A stretch of 64,000 nt of DNA, from contig JACIXD010000016.1 in NCBI GenBank assembly GCA_014360645.1, positions 12,395 to 76,394 on the forward strand. Direction: 5' to 3'. Source of the stretch: Actinomycetota bacterium (GTDB taxonomy: Bacteria; Actinomycetota; Geothermincolia; Geothermincolales; RBG-13-55-18). The notes under the pieces were generated by a model. That model ran no database searches. It saw only the letters and a list, made by a program, of their open reading frames with translations, and was not told the DNA's origin. This document shows positions 9,233-17,629 of the stretch, one piece after another (positions within the stretch are counted from its first letter, which is position 1; each line of letters begins with the position of its first letter). A program made the position numbers and the translations under genes.

Positions 9233-11020
9233 ATGACCGATTTCCGGCATTTCTACGATGACATACTCGCGTCTTTCGCCAGGTACCCCGCTATCATCCA
9301 TGGAGATGAGGTCATCACCTACAGGGAGCTGGATGAGCGCACCAACCGCCTCGCCCACGCCATGCTGGAACTGGGGATTAAACGCGACCACAACGTGGGC
9401 ATAGCGGAATATAACACCCCCGCGTTCCTGGAGGTGGTGGCTGCCGCCTTCAAGGTGACCGCGCGTGCCGTGACCCTGAACTTCAAGTTCAAGGAATGGG
9501 AACTCAAGCATGTCATAGAGGACGCAGGCATGGAGACGGTGTTCTTCAACGAGGACATAGCCGACCGCATGGTGAACCTGCGCCCTGAGCTGCCGGGGGT
9601 GAAGAACTACGTCATCATCGGCGAGCGCCGTGTCGAGGGCATGCTCAACTATTCCGAGATCGTACGGGGTAGGCCGTCCACTGCCCCCACCCCGCCATGG
9701 CCAGAGTTCAGCGGCGACGACGTGGTGGTGCTCATGTACACCGGGGGCACAACCGGGTATCCGAAAGGAGTGATCTACACCCATGACCAGGTGTTAAGCG
9801 CGCCACTCGAGGCGATGATCCGCAATTTCGCGGGCGGACTGAGAGACCTCTCCAAGGCACCACCCCAGGTCTTCAAGGGCATCGAGAAGACCCTGAGAAT
9901 CCCCGGCGCCGCGCGCACCCTCCCTTGGCTGCTCTCGCGTGAGGCCACCCGCAGGGCGCTGATAGTCGTGGGCAAGAAGGCAGGCCCCTTCATCATCAAG
10001 GCCCCGGACCCCCTGATCAGGGCGATACTCTTCCTCAACGCCAGGCTCACGGGAGGGAAGGTGAGGATGCTGTTGGCCAGCCCCATGATGCACGCCTGGG
10101 CCTACAACCACGCCCTCATCGGCATGATCGGAGGTTTCACCAGCATCCTCCTGCCCTCCAAGAGCTTCGAGGTCTCGGAGATGATCTCGGCCATAGAGAA
10201 GCACCGCGCCAACGTGCTGGTGGCGGTGGGCGACGGGCAGTGCCGGCCCTTTGCCGATGAGCTCGACCGCGCCGCCGCCGAGGGGAAGCGTTACGACCTG
10301 GGTTCTCTCCTGGTTGTGCTCTCCAGCGGCATGGCACTCTCCGTAGACGTGAAGCGAAGGCTGCTCGAGCACCTCCCACAGCTCATCATCCTGGACGTGC
10401 TGGCCTCAACGGAGGGGCATTACATCTCCGTCACTCCCTACACCGCCGCGGACCGTGAGCTGGAGAAGACCGTCTTCAGGGTGAGCGACATGGTCAAGGT
10501 CATAACCGAGGATGGGAGGGAGGCCCGGCCGGGCGAGATCGGGGAGGTGGCGGTAGCCCGCGAGCACCAGGGCTCCTCGGGATATTACGGCGACGCCGAG
10601 AAGACGGCGCGCACCTACCGCAAGGTGGGCGGCAAGACCTACATCTTCACCGGCGACATGGCCTCAGTGGACGAGAAAGGACACATACACCTCATAGGCA
10701 GGGGATCCGGCTGTATCAACACTGGGGGCGAGAAGGTGTTCCCTGAGGAGGTGGAGGAGGTGCTCAACCGCCACCCCGCGGTGGAGCTCTCGGGTGTCAC
10801 CAGCGTTCCCCATCCCCGCTGGGGAGAGGCGGTCACGGCGGTGATACAGTTAAAGCCGGGGGAACAGGCCGACGAGGAGGAGATAAAGGCGTGGTGCAAA
10901 GAGTATCTGGCTGATTACAAGGCCCCCAAATACGTGCTCTTCGTGGACGAGCTGCCGCGCCTGATCACCGGCAAGGTACATTACCGCGAGATCAAGCAGT
11001 TGGTACAGGAGAAATTCTAG
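9233..11020 (+). CDS. Acyl-CoA synthetase (AMP-binding), with an internal basic helical insertion
   Basis: MYTGGTTGYPKG, FTGD, GRGSGCINTGGEKVFPEEVE, LPRLITGK. Confidence 0.9.
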   Translation: MTDFRHFYDDILASFARYPAIIHGDEVITYRELDERTNRLAHAMLELGIKRDHNVGIAEYNTPAFLEVVAAAFKVTARAVTLNFKFKEWELKHVIEDAGMETVFFNEDIADRMVNLRPELPGVKNYVIIGERRVEGMLNYSEIVRGRPSTAPTPPWPEFSGDDVVVLMYTGGTTGYPKGVIYTHDQVLSAPLEAMIRNFAGGLRDLSKAPPQVFKGIEKTLRIPGAARTLPWLLSREATRRALIVVGKKAGPFIIKAPDPLIRAILFLNARLTGGKVRMLLASPMMHAWAYNHALIGMIGGFTSILLPSKSFEVSEMISAIEKHRANVLVAVGDGQCRPFADELDRAAAEGKRYDLGSLLVVLSSGMALSVDVKRRLLEHLPQLIILDVLASTEGHYISVTPYTAADRELEKTVFRVSDMVKVITEDGREARPGEIGEVAVAREHQGSSGYYGDAEKTARTYRKVGGKTYIFTGDMASVDEKGHIHLIGRGSGCINTGGEKVFPEEVEEVLNRHPAVELSGVTSVPHPRWGEAVTAVIQLKPGEQADEEEIKAWCKEYLADYKAPKYVLFVDELPRLITGKVHYREIKQLVQEKF

Positions 11021-11025
11021 GCGTT

Positions 11026-11172
11026 GGGGTCACATCTTCGATCTTCGATGCCGGCAGGTCTCAACCGCTTGTGGGGTCAGCTAGTGGATCCTGCCATGGG
11101 CATATTCTAAATGAAAACCCCGCCACTAACACCAACAAACGCTATCGAATCGAAGATTGAAGATCTGACCCC
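11026..11172 (-). mobile_element. 147-bp REPIN/MITE-like element, copy 2 (inverted relative to copy 1)
   Basis: Reverse complement of 8447-8593. Confidence 0.85.
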
Positions 11173-11175
11173 CAA

Positions 11176-11427
11176 TTAGGGATTGAGGGGGCGGCGCCCG
11201 GCCGTGACCCGGATGGCGTTCTGGGCGCAGGCGGACAGACACTCCCCGCAGCCGTCGCAGAACGACACGAAGCGGGGGACGATGCGGTATCGGGGGTTCT
11301 CCCCGTGCCGGTCGTGGTCTTTTTCCCTGGGTACGGCGAGGAAGACACCGTGCGGGCAAGCCTCCTGGCAGCGGCGGCCACAGGCCTCGGCATCGCAGTC
11401 GGCGACCCTGACGCGGTAACGGGGCAT
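11176..11427 (-). CDS. Small 4Fe-4S ferredoxin
   Basis: SD GGAGGT; C.AEACGRRCQEACP and CDGCGECLSACAQNAI. Confidence 0.8.
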   Translation of the reverse strand: MPRYRVRVADCDAEACGRRCQEACPHGVFLAVPREKDHDRHGENPRYRIVPRFVSFCDGCGECLSACAQNAIRVTAGRRPLNP

Positions 11428-11429
11428 CG

Positions 11430-12245
11430 TTACCACCTCCCCGCCGCCGCAGGAACGGTCTCTCGTCCCGCCAGGGACAGGGCTCCGCGCGGGCAGACGC
11501 CGCGGCACAGGCCGCATCCGAAGCAGTCCCCCGCGTGCACGTGCACCCGTCCAGCCTCGGGATCGTAGTGCAGGGCTCCGAAGGCACAGCGGGAGACGCA
11601 GACGGGTTCCTCGCAATAGCGGCATAGCAAGCGATCCACCACGCAGACCTCGTGGCCCTTGTAGATAGCCGCCTCTACGTTATTGGCCCAGCGCTGCTTG
11701 AGCGAGGTGCAGTAGCGCGCGTCGCAGTTGCAGATGCAGATGGGGAAGGGGACCTTGGCGTAAAGCACCTGGTGGAAATGGCCACGCTCCTCGCTGCGCC
11801 GTACCACTTCCTTGGCCTCTTCCAGGGTGATCTCCTCCATGGGTCCCTGGGGCATGTGGCGCCTCTGCAGTTCCTTCACCGGACCGAAGTTGAGACATAC
11901 CATGTCGTCCCGGTTCCCCACCAACTTGCGGCAGGCGCAGGGCAGGAGCACGAAATCCCGGGCGTATTCCAGCAGCGCGAGGGAATCCTCGAGGGAGACC
12001 ACCTGCCCGCCGTGCTCGTTGGGGGCCATGCGGTTGATGGCCGCCTTCACCGCCTTGCCGATCACCGGCAGGTTGACCAGCCGGGTCATGCGGGAGGTGA
12101 AGTCGATGTAGTAATCGATCCCCCAGCCCGCCACCTTCTCCAGGGTCTTCACGCGCTGGGGATCCTCCATCATCTTCTCGGAGAAGTTCTCGGGATTGAG
12201 GTACCAGCGGTTGCCCTGGCCGTGTTTCTCGCAGAACTCGCACAT
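11430..12245 (-). CDS. 4Fe-4S binding protein (Cys-rich N-terminus, C-terminal ferredoxin domain)
   Basis: MCEFCEKHG, PCACR, ICNCD..YC, CFGCGLCRGVCP. Confidence 0.85.
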   Translation of the reverse strand: MCEFCEKHGQGNRWYLNPENFSEKMMEDPQRVKTLEKVAGWGIDYYIDFTSRMTRLVNLPVIGKAVKAAINRMAPNEHGGQVVSLEDSLALLEYARDFVLLPCACRKLVGNRDDMVCLNFGPVKELQRRHMPQGPMEEITLEEAKEVVRRSEERGHFHQVLYAKVPFPICICNCDARYCTSLKQRWANNVEAAIYKGHEVCVVDRLLCRYCEEPVCVSRCAFGALHYDPEAGRVHVHAGDCFGCGLCRGVCPRGALSLAGRETVPAAAGRW

Positions 12246-12313
12246 GAAGACGCCTCCAACACCGAAGATGCCCGCCGGGAGCTTTTATATTTTAACACAA
12301 CGGATCGCGTAAC

Positions 12314-12478
12314 GGGGTCAGATCTTCGATCTACGATACCAATATATGGGTAATATTCGTGATTTAAACGGCCAACGGCTACCTGATCGCATTGAAAAAG
12401 TAAGGGGTCAGATCTTCGATCTACGATACCAATATATGGGTAATATTCGTGATTTAAACGGCCAACGCTACCTGATCA
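12314..12478 (+). repeat. REP-initiated ~75-bp direct repeat (period 90 bp)
   Basis: GGGGTCAGATCTTCGATCTACGATACCAATATATGGGTAATATTCGTG... at 12314 and 12404. Confidence 0.85.
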
Positions 12479-12912
12479 CATGATCACATTGAAAGAGAGG
12501 ATCGGGATCTCATTGAAAACGAAGATCCAAAATAATGCCTATGGCACTTTATCTATAATAACGAGGTCAAATTCTCGACGACGGCGACTTATGCTTTAGC
12601 AACTGAGCTGTGGGTACCCGTCTTATCCCCAACCCCGAGCGCAGCGCCTGTGCCTTGTAAGTAAAGCAAAATTGATGCCAGACCCCCGTTTGGCGTTGGC
12701 GCTGGCCGCGTCGATGTTCGGAGAGAACTCGATTGGCAGACAATGCATCGATGATCGAAGATCGAAGATCTGACCCCATCGGGGAATGCATCGATGATCG
12801 AAGATTGAAGATCTGACCCCATCGATCATCTGACCCCATCGGGGAATGCATCGATGATCGAAGATCGAAGATCTGACCCCATCGAGGCCCCATCGAGGCC
12901 CATCGAGGCGCG

Positions 12913-14106
12913 TCAATGTGTCGAAGATCGAAGATCTGACCCCATGGTTACCATGCGCCGCAGCAGGGGAGGGGGGAGGAACGCGGGGCTCTTCGTCTCT
13001 TCGTACAGGCGCGAGGCCTCCGCGAGCACCGTGTCCAGCCCCAGGTTGTCGGCCATCTCCAGCTGCCCCATGGGCAGGTTGAACCCCAGGCGGGAGGCCC
13101 TGTCCACGTCCTCAGCTTCCGCTACCCCAGCTTCCACCACCCTTATCGCCTCCAGGATGCCGGGAAGCAAGAAGCGCATCAGGAGACCCTGGGAGTCACC
13201 TCTCTCCCCGGGGCCGCGCCTGGGCGCGGGGAGCATGTAGCTCTCCCTCTTCCCGCTTGCGTAGTCGTAGAAGCCGCGGCCGCTCTTGCGTCCCAGCAGG
13301 CCCGCGGCCACCATGCGCCGCAGCAGGGGAGGGGGTAGGAAACTGGGGTCGCGCGTGTCCTCGTAGATGGCCAAGGCGGCGCTGAAAGCCACCTCCAGTC
13401 CGGCGTTATCCATGATCTGCAACGGGCCTACCCCGGCCTCGAAGCCTCCCGTGGAACGGTCTATCTCCTCTGGCGTCGCCAGGCCCTCGTCCACCATGCG
13501 CACCGCCTCTATGGAGGAGGGGATATTCACGCGGTTGGCCACGAAACCGGCGTGGTCCTTCTGTACCAACACCGTCTCCTTACCCAGGCTGCGCGCCCAG
13601 GCGTCGGCGGATTCCATGGTCTCCTGCGAGGTGAGTAGGCCACGGATGATCTCCACCAGGCGCATGAGCGGCACCGGCCCGAAGAAATGCACCCCAACCA
13701 CCCGCTCCGGCCGGGAGGTCGCGGCGGCCAGGGAGGAGATGGGGATGGCCGAGGTGTTGGTGCCCAGGAGGGCATGCGGAGGACAGATGCCGTCCAGGAC
13801 GCGGAAGACCTCCACCTTGAGGGAGAGGCTCTCGGGCACCGCCTCGATGACCAGGTCCGCCCTGGAAGCCTCGCCCAGTTCGGTGGTGGTGGAGATGAGC
13901 TCCAGGGCGCGACCCGCACGCTCCTCATCCACCCTTCCCTTGGACACTAGCTTCCGCAGCGAGCTTCGGATGTTTTCCGTTCCCGCCCGCAGGGCCTCTT
14001 CGCTGACGTCGCAGAGAGTCACGCGGTAACCGGCCAACGCCGAGACCTGGGCGATGCCGTGTCCCATGAAGCCCGCTCCCACCACGAAGACGTTCTCTAT
14101 GCCCAT
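12913..14106 (-). CDS. 3-hydroxyacyl-CoA dehydrogenase with duplicated C-terminal domain; 3' end replaced by a REP
   Basis: VVGAGFMGHGIA, IEAVPE, TNTS, GVHFFGPVPLM; second dimerisation domain ends LLRRMV-TMGSDLRSSTH. Confidence 0.9.
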   Translation of the reverse strand: MGIENVFVVGAGFMGHGIAQVSALAGYRVTLCDVSEEALRAGTENIRSSLRKLVSKGRVDEERAGRALELISTTTELGEASRADLVIEAVPESLSLKVEVFRVLDGICPPHALLGTNTSAIPISSLAAATSRPERVVGVHFFGPVPLMRLVEIIRGLLTSQETMESADAWARSLGKETVLVQKDHAGFVANRVNIPSSIEAVRMVDEGLATPEEIDRSTGGFEAGVGPLQIMDNAGLEVAFSAALAIYEDTRDPSFLPPPLLRRMVAAGLLGRKSGRGFYDYASGKRESYMLPAPRRGPGERGDSQGLLMRFLLPGILEAIRVVEAGVAEAEDVDRASRLGFNLPMGQLEMADNLGLDTVLAEASRLYEETKSPAFLPPPLLRRMVTMGSDLRSSTH

Positions 14107-14156
14107 GGCCTCCTCCCTTGCCGGTGGCCGGTTGCCCGATTTGTGGTCGCGCGCCG

Positions 14157-14272
14157 CGTCCGCCGGGCGCGCACATCCCGCGCCGCGTCCGCCGGGTGCG
14201 CATATCCCACCGCCGTCCGCCGGGTGCGCATATCCCACCGCCGTCCGCCGGGCGTGCAGCCGCCGTCCGCCG
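14157..14272. repeat. ~28-bp GC-rich tandem repeat (CGTCCGCCGGGTGCGCATATCCCACCGC), ~4 units
   Basis: Seen directly between divergent genes. Confidence 0.8.
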
Positions 14273-14349
14273 CGGCGCTCCGGTTCGGCATCCAGATTAG
14301 TATAATCGGGGTGGAGATGTCATCTGTTGCTGGGGAGAGGAGGGGAAGC

Positions 14350-15084
14350 ATGGCTTGCAGTGCCGCCATCGCGGGGGAGGTGGCCGGATCGCGGATCGTG
14401 ACCATCCGGACCGCCACCGCCAACTGTTACCTGGTGTTGGGTCCGAGGCCTTACCTCGTGGACACCAACACCCCCAAGGCGAAGACGAGGATAATGCGCG
14501 CCCTGGACGCCGGCGGTCTCAAAGTGGAGGACCTGGAATACATCATCATAACCCACCACCATTACGACCACACCGGCTGCCTGGCGGAGCTCAAGCGCCT
14601 CTCGGGTGCGCGGGTGGCCTCGGGGGCAGGGGACGCCCCGGTGATCACGGGTGACCAGGAGCCGCCGGGTCCGGGAGATATCAGCCCTGCGGGAAGGCTG
14701 CTGCGGAGGCTGCCCGCCTCCTGGCTGCAGAGCTATCAGCGTTTCGAGAGATGCGCGGTGGACCTGGAGCTAGTGGACGGCCAGGAGATCGAGGAGCTCG
14801 GCCTGGAGGTTCTGGAGCTCCCGGGGCACACCGAGGGAGGCATCGCCCTCTACAGCCGCTCCGAGAGGCTGGCCTTCATCGGGGACATGGTGAGCAACAT
14901 CATGGGCCGTCTCGGCCCGCCCTTCCTCTCCTTCAGCTATGATAAGGCGGCCATCCTCGCCTCCATGCGGCGCCTGGCGTCACTCGACCTGGACTATGCC
15001 TATCCCGGGCACGGCGCGGTCATCGGCCCCGACGCCGGGTCGAGGATCGGTGAGCTGGCCGATAAGCTCGCCCGCAGATGGTAG
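14350..15084 (+). CDS. MBL-fold metallo-hydrolase
   Basis: ITHHHYDHTG, PGHTEG, FIGD, YPGHG. Confidence 0.88.
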   Translation: MACSAAIAGEVAGSRIVTIRTATANCYLVLGPRPYLVDTNTPKAKTRIMRALDAGGLKVEDLEYIIITHHHYDHTGCLAELKRLSGARVASGAGDAPVITGDQEPPGPGDISPAGRLLRRLPASWLQSYQRFERCAVDLELVDGQEIEELGLEVLELPGHTEGGIALYSRSERLAFIGDMVSNIMGRLGPPFLSFSYDKAAILASMRRLASLDLDYAYPGHGAVIGPDAGSRIGELADKLARRW

Positions 15085-15127
15085 CACGGGGGGAGGGGAA
15101 AGGGAGGGAAAAGGGGCCGTGGCGTTC

Positions 15128-15168
15128 ATAATATATATTTATAATTAATATAATGATATATTATATTA
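15128..15168 (+). promoter_or_regulatory. Extremely AT-rich promoter region for the tRNA
   Basis: ~40 nt almost pure A/T with TATAAT at 15149, in a high-GC background. Confidence 0.6.
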
Positions 15169-15261
15169 GGGAGCACGAGACTGGTGTCTCCCGCGGGCTG
15201 CAAACCCGTTGGCCGGCTCTGAAAAAGTCGGGGTGGGTTCGATCCCCACTGCTCCCCTCCA
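15169..15261 (+). tRNA. tRNA-Sec-like tRNA with GCA (Cys) anticodon (selC*-type tRNA-Cys)
   Basis: Acceptor GGGAGCA/TGCTCCC; D-arm GAGAC-TGGT-GTCTC (4-nt loop); anticodon arm GCGGG-CT-GCA-AA-CCCGT; long variable arm CCGGCT..GAAA..AGTCGG; T-arm GTGGG-TTCGATC-CCCAC; ends T-CCA. Confidence 0.85.
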
Positions 15262-15338
15262 GCCATCTTCACCACCTCACGCTCTCCGGCCCCGAAAAGC
15301 GGTGGTGGCGGCGACCCGTTGCCGCTTATCACGGCCTT

Positions 15339-15877
15339 GCGTGTTCCTCCCACGTCACGCCCGGCTTACTTGAAAGATCCTCCCGGAAGTGAAAGTGACG
15401 GGTGCGGCATAGCGTGTTCCTCCCACGTCACGCCCGGCTTACTTGAAAGATCCTCCCGGAAGTGAAAGTGACGGGTGCGGCCTCGCGTCTTCTTCCCACG
15501 TCACGCCCGGCTTACTTGAAAGATCCTCCCGGAAGTGAAAGTGACGGGTGCGGCATAGCGTGTTCTTCCCACGTCACGCCCGGCTTACTTGAAAGATCCT
15601 CCCGGAAGTGAAAGTGACGGGTGCGGCATAGCGTGTTCCTCCCACGTCACGCCCGGCTTACTTGAAAGATCCTCCCGGAAGTGAAAGTGACGGGTGCGGC
15701 CTCGCGTCTTCTTCCCACGTCACGCCCGGCTTACTTGAAAGATCCTCCCGGAAGTGAAAGTGACGGGTGCGGCATAGCGTGTTCTTCCCACGTCACGCCC
15801 GGCTTACTTGAAAGATCCTCCCGGAAGTGAAAGTGACGGGTGCGGCATAGCGTCTTCTTCCCACGTCACGCCCGGCT
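15339..15877. repeat. 73-bp tandem array, 7 full units plus a partial unit
   Basis: TCCCACGTCAC starts at 15348, 15421, 15494, 15567, 15640, 15713, 15786, 15859. Confidence 0.95.
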
Positions 15878-15899
15878 AACCGCCGGCGGGTAGAGGAAA

Positions 15900-15921
15900 G
15901 GGGCCGGGTCTCCCCGGCCCC
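15900..15921 (-). terminator. GC hairpin, probable terminator of the thiolase operon
   Basis: GGGGCCGGG-TCTC-CCCGGCCCC with a short T run on the minus strand, 20 nt after the stop. Confidence 0.5.
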
Positions 15922-15941
15922 CCTAAACGCCCGAGGCGTTT

Positions 15942-16445
15942 CTACTTGATAATCTCGAAGTACTCCACGTCGTGGATGCTGCCGGTGCGGTTCTCCGCCC
16001 ACACGGCGCGCATGCGCATCCCCACCTCCAGCTCTTTCTCGTCGTAGACGTTGCAGAAGTGCATCATGCGCGTGTTGGCGCCGTCCAGGGTCACCCATAT
16101 GGAGGTGAAGGGGACCTGCTTCATGCCGCCGTTGTTGGCGTCTATATAGGGGAAGCGCACGATGGTGAAGCCCTCGAGGACGCCCTCGGGTCCCACTTCC
16201 ACCCACTCGTTCATCTCCACGTAGCACTTGCCGCAGACCTGGCGGGGAGGCATATACACCCAGCCGCACTCCGGGCATTTCACGCCCATGAAGCGCTTGT
16301 TGTCCCGCAGCTCAGCCAGGAACTTGCTCCAATAATACCCGAGGTGCCAGTGGAAGTCGTACTCCAGGTGGCCGGACTCGTGGGTGAGGAGCTCGTAGCC
16401 CTCGGGGGTATGGGTGCGCTTGCGCTTGTCTTCGTAAAGTCCCAT
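15942..16445 (-). CDS. DUF35 Zn-ribbon/OB-fold protein (thiolase partner)
   Basis: GVKCPECGWVYMPPRQVCGKC; VGMRMRAVW. Confidence 0.88.
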   Translation of the reverse strand: MGLYEDKRKRTHTPEGYELLTHESGHLEYDFHWHLGYYWSKFLAELRDNKRFMGVKCPECGWVYMPPRQVCGKCYVEMNEWVEVGPEGVLEGFTIVRFPYIDANNGGMKQVPFTSIWVTLDGANTRMMHFCNVYDEKELEVGMRMRAVWAENRTGSIHDVEYFEIIK

Positions 16446-16460
16446 AGTTCTCACCTCCTC

Positions 16461-17615
16461 CTATGGCAGGTCCGCGCCCAGGATCATCACGTCCGACCAG
16501 CTGCAGCCGCCGAACCCCGTGGCCAGCGCTTTTTTGGCGCCCTCAACCTGGCGCTCGCCGGCCCTTCCCATGATCTGCCAGGCGGCCTCTCCGATGCGGA
16601 TGAGGGCGGTGGCGCCGATGGGGTTGGTGGAGATGACCCCGCCGGAGGGGTTGATGGGCAGCTCGCCGTCCATCTCGAAGGTGCCCTTGCGGATGAGGGC
16701 GGGAGCGCCGCCGTGCTCGCAGAACCACAGGGAGTCCATCCACTTCACCCCGCAGGTGGAGGCGGGGATGTAGAGCTCGGCCACGTCGAATTCCTTGAGC
16801 GGGTTGGTTATCCCCGCCAGCTTGTAGGCCGCAGCCGACGCCCTCTCCAGGGTGGGCATGAACTTCCACTCCAGGTCCCCGAAGTGGGTGTAGTCGTGTC
16901 GAACCACCGAGGCGTGCACCCATGCCGGTTTAGGGCAGAGCTTCTTGGCCTTCTCCTCGCAGGCGAAGATCACCGCGCAGGAGCCGTCGGAGCGCGGGCA
17001 CATGTCCAGGAACTTGATGGGGTAGGAGAGCATTGGTGAGTTGAGCACGTCCTCCACCGTCACCGCCTGGCGCGAATGCGCGTAGGGGTTGCGCAGGGCG
17101 TTGTTGCGGTCGCGCGCCGCCACCATGGCCGCGTCCTCCTCGGTGGCACCGAAGGCCTTCATGTACATGGAGTACTCGGTGGCCAGGGGGCCGATAGCTC
17201 CCGCGAAGGGGTCCCTCTCAAGGGTGGGGTTGGCGCAGGTCGAGATGGCGGCTTGGGTGTCGGACTCCGAGTTCTTCTCCCAGCCCACCGCCAAGACCAC
17301 GTCGAAGAGGCCGCTGGCGACGTGGTAGTAGCCGCAAGCGCCCACGGTGGTACCGGTGGTCCCGCCGGTGGTCACCTTGAACACCGGCTTCATGCATGCT
17401 CCAAGCCCGTCCACCGCCCACATGTCCACGTAGTTGATGTTCTCGAAGTGGTCCATGTTGCCGATGACGATGGCGTCGATGTCCTTGATGGTGAGCTGCG
17501 CGTCGTCCAGAGCCCGGGACACGGCCTCGGCGATGAGCTCGACGCCGGAGGCATCCAGGCGCTTGGCGGCGTGGTGGGTCTGGCCTACTCCGATGATGCC
17601 TACTCTTTTACCCAT
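16461..17615 (-). CDS. Thiolase-family protein (SCP-x/lipid-transfer type)
   Basis: GIIGVGQT, MCPRSDG, INPSGG...NPIGATAL. Confidence 0.9.
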   Translation of the reverse strand: MGKRVGIIGVGQTHHAAKRLDASGVELIAEAVSRALDDAQLTIKDIDAIVIGNMDHFENINYVDMWAVDGLGACMKPVFKVTTGGTTGTTVGACGYYHVASGLFDVVLAVGWEKNSESDTQAAISTCANPTLERDPFAGAIGPLATEYSMYMKAFGATEEDAAMVAARDRNNALRNPYAHSRQAVTVEDVLNSPMLSYPIKFLDMCPRSDGSCAVIFACEEKAKKLCPKPAWVHASVVRHDYTHFGDLEWKFMPTLERASAAAYKLAGITNPLKEFDVAELYIPASTCGVKWMDSLWFCEHGGAPALIRKGTFEMDGELPINPSGGVISTNPIGATALIRIGEAAWQIMGRAGERQVEGAKKALATGFGGCSWSDVMILGADLP

Positions 17616-17629
17616 TTCACGTCACCTCC

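Larger units (their letters stand above)
1024..12943. repeat. Dispersed 24-bp REP-like family A (GGGGTC-AG/GT/AC/AT-ATCTTC-RAT/ATT-CTTCRAT), ~30 copies in both orientations
   Basis: Plus copies at 1024, 2872, 3034, 3071, 3380, 4360 (partial), 4381, 4470, 4587, 5010, 5040, 8325, 8381, 8447, 11026, 12314, 12404; minus copies ending at 3239, 3265, 3466, 4569, 4686, 5203, 5244, 8593, 9115, 11172, 12777, 12820, 12880, 12943. Confidence 0.95.

Noticed and set aside
12567-12916. Repetitive ORFs (WGQIFDLRSS / GVRSSIFD)
   Set aside because: These are translations of the REP repeats, not genes
12745-12943. CRISPR-like array of 24-bp repeats
   Set aside because: Irregular spacing, repeated inter-unit sequence and both orientations across the region fit REP clusters
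15169-15261. Canonical selC tRNA-Sec or canonical tRNA-Cys
   Set aside because: Anticodon is GCA with a U discriminator (not Sec); length and arm geometry are not canonical Cys
15339-15877. CRISPR array (units contain TGAAAG, 73-bp period)
   Set aside because: No unique spacers: linkers are 13 nt and recur; no cas genes in the window
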